The notes below the pieces were generated by a model. It did not search any database, was not told the origin of the DNA, and was given only the letters and a program-made list of their open reading frames with translations. From assembly GCF_009914755.1 (NCBI RefSeq), contig NC_060937.1: a stretch of DNA of 64,000 nt; one strand, 5' to 3'. This DNA comes from the human T2T-CHM13v2.0 reference genome, Homo sapiens. Within the stretch, counting starts at the first letter, position 1; each line of letters starts with the position of its first letter. The translations under genes were made by a program, and so were the position numbers. Shown piece by piece: positions 1 through 16,502 of this stretch.

Positions 1-654
1 ATGATAGATGATCTCAGGCTAGGCTTTTTCTAATGCACCAACACAATAATTATGGTACCTCTAAAATAGTGTCTCTTTTAGAATAATTAGAGCCTCTGCT
101 TCTCTTCCCATAAAACATTTGAATTCAGAATGGAACTCACTGGAATAAGTAGGCATCTGGAATCCAGAGAACACTGCTTATTCATAATGAACATATAACA
201 CAAGTGAGCAATAAACTTTTTGTCTTTTTAATCCACTGATATTTTAGTCTACAACTTATTAGGATTAAACATCTAGATCAATTTACTTTGCTGGAGCCAC
301 AGGCATCTCAAATTCGCTACATCTGAAATTAAACCTGCTTCTCCCACTTTGACCTGTTTCATTTAATTTTACCACCATTCAAATAGCCAACCATTTCAGA
401 AACCAGCATGCTATTTTTGAGTCTTCTTTTACCTACGCCAATATCTAACCACTCACTAAATTCTACTGATTTTTAAATGTTTGAACTTCTCCCTATTCCC
501 ACTGACATTACACCCTTTTATTCTGCCCGTGTTTCTTTTGTATTTTTAACACAAGACTCAACTGTTTTCTTCATATCACAGAAAGAATAATTTGTACTAG
601 TCCATTCTTGTTAATTTCCTGATAAAAATTTCAATGACTACATTGTTTTTATGA

Positions 655-986
<332 letters not shown>

Positions 987-1259
987 AGTTAAATTTATTT
1001 TTAACAGAGCATGAAAATCACTTCACAGCATGCCCTTCCTTTTCAATATCACCTTTGACTTTTTCCCATGGCTTGTACCCCATGTTTAGCTATGTAGAAC
1101 AGCTTTGTCTCCCAGAAATCCACCCCACATATGCTCTTTCTGCATCATAAAATTTTCTCTCTAAAGTAGAATAGACCTCCACTAAGGTCTCTTAAAGTCT
1201 ATGGTAATATCTTCTGTTCTTTGTTGTTATTTTTCTTAATTGTAACTCTGTCTATTACA

Positions 1260-3378
1260 CAAACATACCTCAGAAATACTGTGTGATTCCAGACCACTGA
1301 AATAAAGCAAATATTGCAATAAAGCAACTCACACAAAGTTTCTGGTTTCTCAGAACATAAAAAGTTATGTTTATACTGTACTATAATTCACTAAGTGTGC
1401 AGTAGCATTATGTCTAAACAATGTACACAATTTTAAAATAATTTTTACTATAAAATGCTAACAATCACCTAAGCTTTCAGTGAATCCCATTTTGCCGGTG
1501 GAGAGTTTTGGCCTGACATTGTTGGCTCCTAACTGATCAGAGTAGTGACTACTAAAGGCTGTGGTGGCTATGGCAATTTCTTACAATAAAATAACGACGA
1601 AGCTTGCCACATCCATTGACTCTTCCTTTCATGAATGTTTTGTCTATAGCATGATTCTGCCTGATGGCATTTTAGCCTCAGTAAAACTTTCTTCAAAACT
1701 GAAGTCAATTCTCTCAATCCCTGCTGCTGCTTTATTAACTATGTTTATAGAATATTCTAAAGCCTTTATTGTCATTTCAACATTGATCACAGAATCTTCA
1801 CCAGGAACAGTTTCCATCTCAAGAAACCACTTTCTTTACTCATCCATAGAAGCAATTTCTCAGTCATTCAAGTATTATCACAAAATTGCCCCAATTCAGT
1901 CACATCTTCAGATTCTACTTCTAATTGTAGTTACCTTGCTAGCCTTACAAAATGTATTTCCTAAATAAGACTTGAAAGTCAAAATGACTCCTTGATTGGT
2001 AGGTTTAAGAATGGATGTTGTGTTAGCAGTCATGAAAACGACATTAGTCTACTTATACATCTCCAGAGCTATTGGTTGACGAGGTGCATCTTCGATCAAC
2101 AGCAATTATTTTGAAAAGACTTTTTCTGAGCAGTAAGTCTCAAAAGTAGACTTAAAATATACAGTAAACCATAGCACAAACAGATATGCTGTCATGCAGG
2201 CTTTGTTAATCTGTGTAGAGAGCATAGGAATAGTAGATTTAGTATAATTCTTAAAGGACCTACAATTTTTGAAATGGTAAATGAGTATTTGCTTCAACTT
2301 AAAAGTCACCACCGGCATTAACCACTAAAAAGAGAGTCAGCCTGTCCTTTGAAGCTTTGAACCCAGACATTGACTTCTCTTTAGTTATAAAATTCCTAAA
2401 TGGCACCTTCTTCCAGTACAAGGCTGTTTTGTCTACACTGAAAATCTGTTGTTTAATGTAGCCACCTTCATCATTTACCTTAGCTAGATCTTCTGTATAA
2501 CTTGATGCAGCTTTTATATTAGTACTTTCTGCTTCTCCTTGCACTTTTATGTGATCGAGATAGATGAGTTTCTTCAACCTCATGAACCAACCTCTGCTAG
2601 CTTCCGATTTTTCTTCTGAAGCTTCCTCATCTCTCTCTGCCTTCATAGAATTGTAGAGACTTAGGGCCTTGTTCTGGATTAAGCATTGGTTTAAGGGAGT
2701 GTTATAACTGGTTTGATCTATCTAGATCATTAAAACTTTTTCCATATCAGCAATAAGGCTGTTTTGCTTTCTTATCATTTCTGTGTTCAACTGGCATAAT
2801 ACTTTCAACTTCCTTCAAAAATTTTCCTTTGCATTCACAGCTTGGCTAACTGCTTTGTGCAAGAGGCCTAGCTTTTGGCCTATCTTGGCTTTCAACATGC
2901 CTTCCTTACTAAGCATTATCGCTTTTAGTTTTTGATTTGAAGAGATATGCAACTCTTTCTTTCACTTTAACACTTAGAGGCCACTGTAGGGTTATTGTAC
3001 TAATTTCAGTATCATTGTGCCTCAGAAAATAAGGAAGTCTGAGAAGAGGGAATGAATGAAAAGGGTTAATAGCGGCTTGGTGGGACAGTCAGAACACACA
3101 CATTTTTTGATGAAGCTTGTCCTCTTATATGGGCATGGTTCGTGGCACCCCTAAACAATTACAATAGCAACAGCAAAGGTCACTGATCACAGATCACCAC
3201 AACACATATAATAATAATGAAAAATTTAAAATAGTTTGCAAAAAGTGCCAAAAATGGTAAAACAGAGATAAGGAGTAAACCTGTGTTGTTAGATAGATTT
3301 GCTCAATGCAGAATTGTCACAAATCTTCAATTTGTAGAAAATGCAATATCTGTGAAGCACAATCAAGTGAAGCATAGG
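1260..3378 (-). mobile_element. Tigger1 DNA transposon (TcMar-Tigger), near full length, decayed
   Basis: Terminus caaacatacctcagaaatact...ttccagaccactgaaataaagc at 1260; other end aaatcttcaatttgtagaaaatgcaatatctgtgaagc at ~3320-3360; transposase remnant inside. Confidence 0.93.
2299..2646 (-). pseudogene. Tigger1 pogo-family transposase fragment (CENP-B-type HTH to start of DDE domain)
   Basis: ORF contains ASRGWFMR...IKVQGEA...QQIFSVDKTALYWKK...MSGFKASKDRLTL, characteristic of Tigger1 transposase; only a 115-aa fragment stays open. Confidence 0.92.
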
Positions 3379-5359
3379 GAAAATGGTATTAATCTAAGTA
3401 TTTCCAGGTTATCAGTTTTATCTGGTTGTTGAATCCAATTCAACATTGTGGCCATAACACCAAACACAGAAATGATGTTTAGACAGTAGTATGTTTTATG
3501 GTAAATGAAAGGGCCAATTCTAATTGCTGAGTCAAATCTTCTGCTGTCTACAGAAGGCTTTATTTTTTCTCCTTTTTATTGTGCAAAATGCCTTTTATTT
3601 GTTTTACCTCTAAGAGCCATCACTGCATTATTCTGGTTCTATACTGTGATCTTTCTTGCCTATGTTCTTTCTTCAATGCCTGGGTTGGCTAAATAGCATC
3701 AGCGTTATTTCTGCTGTTACAACAATGAGAGAGGGACTTTAAGATCCTCTGAAAGAAGTTGGCACTTTTTAAGAAGAGTATATAACAAAATTATGTTCCC
3801 TGATTTTGAATTGTCATGATATTTATATTGTGCCCGTCCTAGAAACAGCAGTTAATAACCATTACTCTTTAAAAACTCAAAGCTTTGTATTGCATGAGCT
3901 TTACTTGAATTTAACTAAAATACATGTATTATTATTAAAAGACACAACCTGTTTTTTTCAAATATATAGCATTTTATTGTAAAGCTCAGAAGGTTTAGAT
4001 AGAACCTTCTGATCACCACTTCAATATAAACACTCACTACTTTGATTTTGATTAGTACTGTATCTTACACTAAATCCTAGATTCAAGCTCATTCTCAAAA
4101 GGAAAATGTTTTCTACAAAATATATTATGTGAAAGAAAAACACTGATTTATGTTTAGAAGGTATGATATCTACTTTCAAAGATAGGACAGATATTTAGCT
4201 TTGTTTTTAGCATTCTTAACAAGCCTACAGAGATTATGAAAAATGGAAAGGCAAAATAAATGTGCTCTCTTACTATAATTTAGTTTTAAAGGGGTTAAAA
4301 TTCTAAATTTTAACTATATTGCTTTCAGAAATTATTTTCAGAACATTAAAAAAAACTTCCCAAAATTAAAGTACCCAAAAAGATTTGTTCCCTCTGACTT
4401 GCTGAGCTCATCTCTTTCATGTTTTAATTCCACTGTTGGCACTCTTTGAATACTATGGTTTCTACTAAGCCAGTGCTCACTTCAGCTAGCCCTGCTTCCA
4501 CAGTGGGCAGAGAGCTCTTGATCCATGCTGCCCTCCTATTAGTAGGATCATCTTGCAGAAAAAATTTGCTAAGTCTCATTTCAAATCATGTTTTAATATG
4601 CTTGTCATGTAACCCCAGCTCTACCTCTCGCTGCATCAAGTTTGGCTTATGTACACAGCCATTTCTTCTGCGCTTTGTTTTGTTCTATTATAAAGAGATT
4701 GTAAAATCATTGCTATATTTCTTATGCTGTTGGACAAAGAAACTATTGGTAAAGTCAGTTATAGTAAAATAAAAGAAAAACAAAATAAAAATTTCAATCT
4801 TTTATTTTACTTGTCTCCATAATTTTTGGGTCATCTGGTGGTATTGTGCTATACGCTCCAAAAGGCAACAGATATAAGAAACACAGGTGCAGTGGCCACA
4901 GGAAATTATGTCATTGAAAAAACAAAATTCAAAAACATCAATTTAAAAATATAAATTTAAGGCTGCATTGGTAATAAAAATAACATGTGAAGAATAGGAG
5001 TACAGAAAGGAAAAAGATATGTAGCACAGGAGTACAGGAAGGTAATTAACAGTAGTGCTTTCTATATACAAAAATTAAAAAGAGAACAGTGACTTGTATA
5101 CAGAATTGTTAAATCATTTTTTGTAAACATAAAGATATTTAAACTATGCTCTGCAGAGTAGCATATGTAGGTCTGAAAGACAAAAATAGCTATTATATGC
5201 AAGGGAAATGATTGTGTCATTTTAATTGACTAAAAGACTGACAATATTAAGCAATTTGCTGTTTAAAGATTACTTTTTCAATGCCTATTTTTGTATAGTG
5301 TTTTGATAAAGGATACAGATAATATATCACACATATATGTATACACATACATATGTTCA

Positions 5360-5418
5360 TTGCCAGGTAAAACACAAGATACTCAGTCAAATTGAAATTT
5401 CAAGTAAACAACAAATAA
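5360..5418. mobile_element. MER53 (hAT MITE), left arm
   Basis: ttgccaggtaaaacacaagatactcagtcaaattgaaatttcaagtaaacaac; reverse-complement partner ends at 9853. Confidence 0.75.
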
Positions 5419-5639
5419 GGTTTTTTCCTTATTGAGATGAAATTTACAGAGCATGAAATTAACCATTTTAAAAGGTACATTTCAGTGGCATTTACTACAT
5501 CCACAGTGTTCTGCAACCACCAACTAAATCAATTTCTAAAACATTTCCATCACCCTAAAATAAATCTCATACCTATTAAACAGTCACTCTCTACTGTTCT
5601 TTTAGTTAGAATTCTTTTAGTTAGAATAATGCTTTAGAG

Positions 5640-5771
5640 CAGGGGTGTCCAATCTTTTGGCTTCCCTGGGCCACATTGGAAGAAGAATAATTATCTTGGG
5701 TCATATATAAAATACACTAAAAGCAATGGTAGCTGATGAGCTAAAAAAAAAAAAAGAAAAAAGAAAAAAAA
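5640..5771 (+). mobile_element. MER30 (hAT-Charlie), 5' part
   Basis: caggggtgtccaatcttttggcttccctgggccacattggaagaag...gctgatgagctaaaaa. Confidence 0.9.
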
Positions 5772-6955
5772 CACAGAGAGTGAGAGAAAGTTACATCCAT
5801 GATGTAACATATGTAAATAGTTCATTCTTTATAATGGCTGAAAAATACGATATTGTATGCATTTATCAGAGTTTGTTAATTCATTATTCCATTGATGGAC
5901 ACGTAGACTGTTTCCATCTTTTGTCTTTTGTAAGTACTATTGCTATGAACATCTATATACATATATTATTTGGGTACCTGTTTTTTATTCTTTCTTGGTA
6001 TATATGTAGGAATGGAATTGCATGGTTATATGGTAATTCTACATTTAATTTTTAAATAAATGCAAAACTCTTTTCAACAATAATGTTACCATTTTATATT
6101 GTTACCAACAATATATAAAGGTTGCAGTATTTCCAAATGTTTGCCAATGCTCATTATTTTTATTTTTAAAATTGTTTAATATAGTCAACCTAATGGGTGT
6201 AAACTGGTATCTCCTTGAGATTGAGATCTGCATTTCTCTGATGACTAAGGATGTTGAACCTCATTTTATGTGCTTGTTCTCAATTTGTTTATTTTCTTTG
6301 AAGAAATATCTATTTCAATCTTTGCTTATTTTTAAGAAGATTGTCTTTCTGTGGTTAAGTTGTTTCTATAAGAATTCTGGAGACTAGACCCTTACTAGAC
6401 ATATTGGCTTCAAATATTTTCTCTAGTTCTGTAAGTTGTTTTTCATTATCTTGATAATGTCATTTGATGCTCATTGTTTTCAATTTTAATGAAATCTAAT
6501 TTATTATTTGTTACTCATATTTTTGGTGTCATTTCCAAGAAGGATTGCTAAATCCATCATCATGCAGATCTACTCCTATGTTTTTCTCTGAGAAGTTTAC
6601 ACTTTTAGGTCATGTTTAGGTCACTGATCCATTCTGAGTCAATTTTTGCATACCATGTGAGTTAGGGATGGTTCCAGCCTCACTCTTTGACAATGGATAT
6701 CCAGTTGTGCCTATACCAATTGTTGAAGAGATTATTCTTTTCCACATTGACACCTTTGTCAAAAGTCAATTGACTGTCTACATTTGGCATAAATTCTGGG
6801 CTCTAAGTTTTATTCTATTGGTTTGTATGCCTATTGTATTCCATTGTTACACTGCTTTGATTACTGTAGCTTCGAGTAAGTTTTGAAATCAAGAGAAATT
6901 ATTTGTCCAATATTGATTTCTTTTCAATATTGTTTTGGCTACTCACAATTTCTTA

Positions 6956-7330
<375 letters not shown>

Positions 7331-7766
7331 CAGATAGGCAAAGCTGAAGGCTGTTTAAATTTTAAGAGGCATTGCATTGGATCTGTAGATTGCTTGCGCG
7401 AGTAAGTAAATCTTAACATTATTGTCATCCAAACCATGAACATGAGCTATCCTTTCATTTATTTGGATCCTCTTTAAGTTATTTCAGCAATGTTTTGTAG
7501 CTTTTTGTTGTGTGAGTTTTCAGTTCCTTATTTGAATTTATTACCAGGCTTTTTTAAGATGTTATTGTAAAGGGAACTGATTTCTCAATTTTCCTTTCAG
7601 ATTGGTCGTTGTTTTTATATATAAATACAACTGATTTTTGCATGTAAATCTTTTACCCTGCAACTTTTCTGAATTTACTTTTTGAACCTAATAAATAGTT
7701 GTATGTTTGTGTGTGCATTCTGTATGTAAAAACATGTCTTTCATTAATGGCAATGGTTTTCTTTTT

Positions 7767-8411
7767 TTAGTTTCCTGCTGTAACAAATTATAACAAACTG
7801 CATGTCTTAAAACAACATAAATGTATTATCTTACATTTCTGGAGAACAGCAGTCCTAAATCAAAGTGTAAGCAGGGATGGTTCTTTCTGGCAACCCTGAA
7901 AGAGCATCTGTTCTATGCCTCTTCCCAGTTTCTGGTGGTTCCAACAATCCTTGCCTTTCCTTGGTTTCTACACACTTCATTCCAATTGCTACTGCTGTCT
8001 ACCATTGTGTCTCTCTGTTCAAATTTCCTTCTTATTATAAAGACACAAGTCACTGAATTAGAGCCCACCCTACTCCATTATGACCTTAACTTGTTTCTAT
8101 CTACAAACATCTTATTTCTAAGTAAGATTATATTTACAGGTACTACAGATTAGAACTTGAACATTTAATTTTGGAGATACAATGCAACCAATAACAATCT
8201 GCGACATGCACAGTATTTTCATCCCATCCGAGAATCCACAGAAGGTTTAAATCATTCCAACATCAACTCTAGCCCAACAACTCATTTAAATATCAATTCA
8301 AAAACACTCAAATATTATTTAAATCAGGTACAGGTAAGACTCTGGGTATGATTCATCTGGGGCTAAAATTCTTCTTTGTCTGAAGACCTGTAAAACTTAA
8401 AAACAAGTTAT
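7767..8411 (-). mobile_element. MLT1 (B/C/D-like) MaLR LTR plus adjoining internal fragment
   Basis: gctgtaacaaattataacaaactg...cttaaaacaacataaatgtattatcttac; internal-type aggtaagactctgggtatgattcatc...aaacaagttat. Confidence 0.75.
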
Positions 8412-9730
8412 GAGATACTCTTCCCCAGGCCTCCTTTAGCTTTTTGTCCATGGCTTTCTTTATCTCTTTGACCACATTTAAGACTATATTTCAAATATTT
8501 GTCTAGAAGACCAATATGTGTGCTTCCTTGGGGTAACTTTTTTTAACTTCTCCTGCAAAAGGCCATTATTTTTTATTTTTATATAATTTATAATCTTTTC
8601 TAAAATCTGAATATTTTTAGGATCACAATGTGGCAGCATAATATTAGATATTTTCTTCTCTTCCAGGTTTGTTACATATAATTTGCTGTATATTGTAATT
8701 TTATTTTTATTTGACTTTTCAAAACTTTCTTTATAAAGTCTGTATTCTTTGTTGTGTTTAGTTTATCAGTGGTTTCTGAAGTCTCCAAGTTTTTTAGATA
8801 GTGGTCAGCTAGTGTTTGGCAGAGATTTCCTTAAAATGTTGGATATGAAAGTGAGAGAGAGAAAAAGGAAAGAAAGATAAAGAGAGAGAAAGAAAAGAAA
8901 GTAAGAAAATAAAAAGAAAGATAGAAAATAAAGGACACATAAAGAAAAATTGAAAGGCAGAAGAAAAAAAAAAAAGAAAACCTGACTCAGTAGTCACAGA
9001 TTATCTGTCATTGGGCACACCTTCAATGACCTAGCAAGACCACGTGAAACTATGCAATAGTCTTACTTTTTGCTTGTTCTGAACCTAGAGATGAGTAAAG
9101 GTAAAAGCTGAATTCCGTAGTGTTTCCTAAGTATGTGTTCTACTTTAAGCATGTGTGTGGCTTCTTGAAACCCTCATACACGTGGAAACTTTTCCATTTC
9201 CTTATTTCTCAAAGAGATTATCAACTTTTCCTCTCAGGTTTTTAGCTTGCTTACTTGTTTGCCATAAGTGGCAGTGAGTTATTCATTCTCTGTAGAGTCA
9301 TTTAAAGGAATTCCCTCTGTACAGCCACTTTTCTGCCTGAGAGTTCTAAGTTACATGAAACAAAGGCCAGCAAATTGCCTGAGTCTCTTAAGGAACTCCC
9401 AGAATGTCACAATGGACAAACACTACTATTTGAAATAAGATCTAATTTACTTCTGGAACAAAGGACCATCAAACCACTCTGGGAACATGGGCTGCCATGT
9501 CCAAGACCATCACTGAGCTAGGGAGGTGGAGGAACAGCAAGAACAAGTAAAAACACTACAAAACTTTTCTACCATTTTTAAGTGCTATTTAAAAATTTTG
9601 TTTGGTTGGCTGCTGCTAACCTTTAACTACTTTCCAGAGTTCTGACAATATTGATTCTGACAGTTTTTTTTTTTATTTTAGGTGCTGTGGAGGGATGAGT
9701 ACCTATGCTATACATTTTGCTAATACCATC
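8412..9730 (-). mobile_element. Old L1M 5'-region remnant, antisense
   Basis: T-rich antisense L1M-like sequence inside the split MER53; highly diverged. Confidence 0.4.
8846..8980 (+). repeat. Purine-rich (GA/GAAA) low-complexity tract
   Basis: gagagagagaaaaaggaaagaaagataaagagagagaaagaaaagaaa... Confidence 0.85.
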
Positions 9731-9739
9731 ACAATTTGT

Positions 9740-9853
9740 CTTTGTTGTTTAAGTATGTGCAGTGTAATAATTAGTGAATATTTATATTAAAAATGTGTTA
9801 CTTATGCAAATCTTAAGCTTATTTGGGTGTCCTATATTTTTATCTGGCAACCT
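9740..9853. mobile_element. MER53 right arm
   Basis: tgggtgtcctatatttttatctggcaacct; its reverse complement matches 5360-5386. Confidence 0.75.
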
Positions 9854-10610
9854 ATTTTGAATATACAGAGACATATACACATATAGGTACACATGCGGAT
9901 ATTGGCATATAAAGATATATGGATACATATATATAATAAATATACATATTTTTTCTGAGAATGTATAGTGTATAAATTGATGAAAGACTAAAACATTAAA
10001 CAAATGTAAAAACAGAAAAAATAATATTTTATTCAAGTTAAACAGCAGTAAGATAGGGTTATAAAATAATGGTGATACTTTAAGGATGAGAAAGTATTAG
10101 AGACAGTCTTCATCAATGATGAATGAAGTTCAATATAAAGCTAGCTATTGCATATTTCCTTGATTCTAGGGAAATTTCCTTTTTCCCATTTTAATATATT
10201 CATCACATCATTTGCCTTGTATATATGGACAATATCACATGTTATTAAACTTTAATTCAAGTTTTGATTTTAAATTTTTATTAAAGTGTCCCTTAACATG
10301 TTATTTCACATTTCAGTCATAAAATGTAAAGTTACTGTATAATCAAAATAATTATTTTTTATCACTTTAGGAAATTCAATTAGTCAATGCTCCCAGTGGA
10401 GTTGATCTCAAACTTACCAAAACCAAAGCAAAAACTTTAGGTTTTTCAGATTTGGGGGATTTGAAACTCGTGGATTTGTGGGCAAGGAGTCACTATATAT
10501 ATATATGACTATATATATATATGTGTGTGTATACAAACATCATGTTTTCGCTTGGTAAAAAGTAAGATTACTCTTTTTAATGTGCTGTGAAATCAAGAGA
10601 CAATTCTTAA

Positions 10611-11046
10611 TGCATTAGTTTCCTCAGCCTGCCATAAAAAATTACCATTAACTTGGTGGTTTAAAACAATAGAAATGTAATCTCTCATGATTTTGCAGGC
10701 AGATGTCTGAAATTAAGGTGCTGGCAATGACACCCTTTCTCTAAAGGCTCTGGAAGTGCCTCTCCCAGCTCCTAGAGTTTCTTGGCTTGTGAAAGCATAT
10801 CTATAATCTCTGCCTCTCTCATCACTTAATCTTCTCTCCTGTCTCCTCTGTCTCTGTGGGTCCTCATTTATTATAGTTTTTATGAGGAATCTAGTCATTG
10901 GATTTAGGATCTCTCAAAATGTAAATGATCCCTCATCTTGTAATTCTTATCCTAATTACATCTGCAAAGACAATTACTCCAAATAAGGTCACATTCTGAG
11001 GTTCTGAGTGGCCACATATTTGGGAACCACTCTCCAACCCACTACA
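10611..11046 (-). mobile_element. MLT1 (B/C-like) solo LTR
   Basis: tgcattagtttcctcagcctgccataaaaaattacc...atctgcaaagac...ccaaataaggtcacattctgagg...caacccactaca. Confidence 0.85.
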
Positions 11047-11246
11047 CTTAAAAATGCATTATATATTCATATTTTCTACTACTAATCTTTGCCTTCAACA
11101 TAATTATTAAGAATTTTATTTCATTATTTTCTGTTTGAACAATGTCTTAAAATCATAAAATTCTCAGACACGAGTTAGAACTTAAGAATTATTAAAGAAG
11201 AAACCCTTTTACCATTACATATTAGATAACTAGTGCCCAAATACTC

Positions 11247-11548
11247 TTTTTTTTTTTTTTTTTTTTGAGATGGAGTCTCGCTCTGTCGCCCAGGCTGGAG
11301 TGCAGTAGAGTGATCTCAGTTCACTGAAAGCTCCGCCTCCCGGGTTCACGCCATTCTCCTGCCTCAGCCTCCTCAGTAGCTGGGATTATAGGCACCTGCG
11401 ACCACGCCCGGCTAATTTTTTGTATTTTTTAGTAGAGACGGTGTTTCACCATGTTAGCCAGGATGGTCTCGATCTCCGGACCTCGTGAGCTGCCTGCCTC
11501 GGGCTCCCAAAGTGCTGGGATTACAGGCGTGAGCCACTGCGCCCGGCC
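11247..11548 (-). mobile_element. AluY
   Basis: Long T tail; aagctccgcctcccgggttcacgccattctc and ttagccaggatggtctcgatc; imperfect TSD caaa(t/c)act. Confidence 0.96.
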
Positions 11549-13456
11549 CAAACACTTTCGACTATTATGTTTAATGTATTAAACTGCTCAATGGATATTA
11601 ATTTTGTAATTGCCTAAACTCTTGCTAGATTATCAAAAATCTGCAGGTTCACATAGAACTCAAATTAGAAAAAAATGTAAGTAATTATTGTGTTCTGACC
11701 TCAATTTTTTCATGAAATCATCAATTTCATTTGGTAAATTATGTGAATTTATTTTTCTAACAAAAACTAATATATGGCAGTTAAAATGCTCTACCAAAGA
11801 AATATAATATTAATATTTACTGAGACTTGTGAGTGATCAAAAAACTTTCATAGGCAAGTTAAAAAATGAAATAGAATTGAATAGAATGACTTTTAAAAAT
11901 AATTTGTTATTATTCATGTGATTGTTCTCTTTGCAATGTATGCATTTTAGAGCACTATATATACACATTTAAAATCTAAAGTGATTTTATAGTCTTAGAG
12001 GAGCAATATTTTTAACTTACTACTTCCAAAAAAAGGATGGAAACTTGTTGATTACTGAAAGCAAAAAGATAAATTACATGATAATTTCTACAAATTATCA
12101 GTTTCAGAGAGTACTACATTATTACTAAGACATTAGATTTTTCATTAAAGGTTAAAAAATTGAATGTTTCAGAAAGTATCTGTGTTAAGTAAATTATGTA
12201 AATTGTAACTAAATTATCCTGCATTGAAGAAATATGTTAATTTTTAACCTGCTGACTTACTCTTAGAAAATTGCTAAATGCTAAAAGTGTCTAAACATTT
12301 CAATTTGAATGCATTATTAAAAACATAATGACAGAGTTCCTTACACAATTTTTATTTAACAACTAAAAGGGTGATTCTAGGTTACCGTAATTAAGCTCCT
12401 CAAAGCCTTCATTTATAAAGATCCTTCCAGAGTTACCATTTTATTAAAGCCAAAGAAAAATTACATTGATACTTGAAGCATTTTCATATGTAAATGTTTC
12501 TATATATTAACCATGAAAGTTGCAGCACTCCACTTCCTCTTCTACTTTTCTCTCATTTTGATTGCTTTTTATCTGTAGGAATTATATTCTTTAAAAAATT
12601 AGCTATATTTTAATTTATCAGATGATGTATTATGCCCATTAAGTTGTTTCATTTTAACTTGTCCATGGCCTAGAAGCCCAAAGAAATGGTATTAGTAGGA
12701 ATGACATTGAATTTCAGGAGCACATTGACTGGTGCATTAATATGGGACTATGTTCTAAATTGTTAATTATGCCAACATGATAAAATATATTTAATCAAGT
12801 ATATTATTTCATTTTTTGGTGAGGGCATTTATTTGTGAGTAAGCTAAGTTTTTAAACAAATTTCTCAGAACAATTAAATCATGTTTGATTTTATATTTTA
12901 TGTAGCATAATTTATGAAAACATTTACATTCTCAATATAATCAATAAGAATTTTTATGATTTTCAGAAGAAAATAATTAAAATGTGTACATGTACTCTGC
13001 GTATTTGCAACTCTGAAATGAAGTTATTATTTTCCCAGGTAGAAAAAAATCATCTAAATGAATTAAATAAAAACACATTATAGTATTCAAATTTGCACAT
13101 ACAATAAACATAAAATAAAAAGAAAAATTCTGATTTTTTTAAATACTAATTCATGTGTAGATACATTTTTATCCTCATCAAGGAGCCATTACTGAATATA
13201 ATGGAAAATTTCTTTTTTTGTTGTTTGGTTTTACTATTTATATTCAGTTCATGATGTGGCTGATAATTTCTGCAAGGCAAAACTCTAGTTCCCAGAGTTA
13301 ATTTATTCAAAAAGTACAGACTTTCCATTTTAAAATGGCAGACTCCTTTTTAACCTGAAAATATATTAGAATAAAAATGTGAGGTCATAAAATAGGACAA
13401 GTTAGTAATAATAAAAAGGGTAGAGGTAGAGAGAAAAGTGTCCAATAATTCTTTCT

Positions 13457-14010
13457 GTGGTAGAATACAGATAAACCTTCGTGGCCAATGATACTGGTTG
13501 CCTACATATTACTGTTACTTGCTAAGAGAAATCCAGTTTTACTAAGGAGGTTTGCACCTAGGAAAGGAAACTATGGTAAGTGTAAATCAATGATGGTATC
13601 CCTTTCTACTTTGCCCATGATCAATTTATGCACACACATATTATCTGGCCTCTGCTGGCAACACTAGGATTTGTTTCTACCCTCAGAATAGAGGAGAAGG
13701 GAAGGCGAAGGTGGGGGGCGGGGAGAGAGAGAGAAAGCGAAAGAGAAAGAGAGAGGAAGAAGAGAGAGAGAGGCCTCACTGGTTCCTATGAATATGGTTG
13801 AGTAAATGTGATGCATGTACCTGTGGCAGCTCTCTTGTGATCATATGAGGAAGCATCACCTACACTCAGATGATGGCAGACTAGAAAATGAAGGTATCAC
13901 ATCGTGCACAGACAAGTTGTCCCACATTTATACATTCTGTTAAATAAATAATGGTCATTGTAAATGCTAAGTCAGAGTTACTTAGAACCTCTATTACCAA
14001 TAGTCAAATG
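13457..14010 (+). mobile_element. Old MLT1 (J/K-like) LTR with internal GA-rich tract
   Basis: tg start; gtggcagctctcttgtgatcat...gatggcagactagaaa...ttaccaatagtcaaatgcattc; diverged. Confidence 0.5.
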
Positions 14011-14058
14011 CATTCTATAAACATGCTTTTAAACTATGTTGATTGAAAGAGGCTGCAA

Positions 14059-15730
<1,672 letters not shown>

Positions 15731-16502
15731 ATGCTCACCATCACTGGCCATCAGAGAAATGCAAATCAAAACCACAATGAGATACCATCTCACACCAGTT
15801 AGAATGGCAATCATTAAAAAGTCAGGAAACAACAGGTGCTGGAGAGAATGTGGAGAAATAGGAACACTTTTACACTGTTGGTGGGACTGTAAACTAGTTC
15901 AACCCTTGTGGAAGTCAGTGTGGCGATTCCTCAGGGATCTAGAACTAGAAATACCATTTGACCCAGCCATCCCATTACTGGGTATATACCCAAAGGACTG
16001 TAAATCATGCTGCTATAAAGACACATGCACATGTATTTTTATTGCGGCACTATTCACAATAGCAAAGACTTGGAACCAACCCAAATGTCCAACAATGATG
16101 GACTGGATTAAGAAAATGTGGCACATATACACCATGGAATACTATGCAGCCATAAAAAATGATGAGTTCATGTCCTTTGCAGGGACATGAATAAAATTGG
16201 AAATCATCATTCTCAGTAAACTATCACAAGAACAAAAAAACAAACACCGCATATTCTCACTCATAGGTGGGAATTGAACAATGAGATCACATGGACACAG
16301 GAAGGGGAACATCACACTCTGGGGACTGTTGTGGGGTGGGGGGAGTGGGGAGGGATAGCTTTAGGAGATATACCTAATGCTAAATGACGAGTTAATGGGT
16401 GCAGCACACCAGCATGGCACATGTATACATATGTAACTAACCTGCACATTGTGCACATGTACCCTAAAACTTAAAGTATAATAATAATAAAATAAAAAAA
16501 AA
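15731..16502 (+). mobile_element. Second L1PA 3' end (PA2/3-like) with A-rich tail
   Basis: ORF 15759-16190 is the ORF2 C-terminus; younger-type alleles caccatcac, aaattggaaatcatc, gagatcacatgg, ctctgggg; right TSD 16503-16516. Confidence 0.96.

Noticed and set aside
1561-2646. Domesticated TIGD-like transposase gene
   Set aside because: The Tigger1 ORF is fragmented; the 135-aa + strand ORF is only the antisense of the decayed transposase
10488-10521. agtca-(TA)n-tgact hairpin
   Set aside because: Mostly explained by TA microsatellite self-complementarity and slippage
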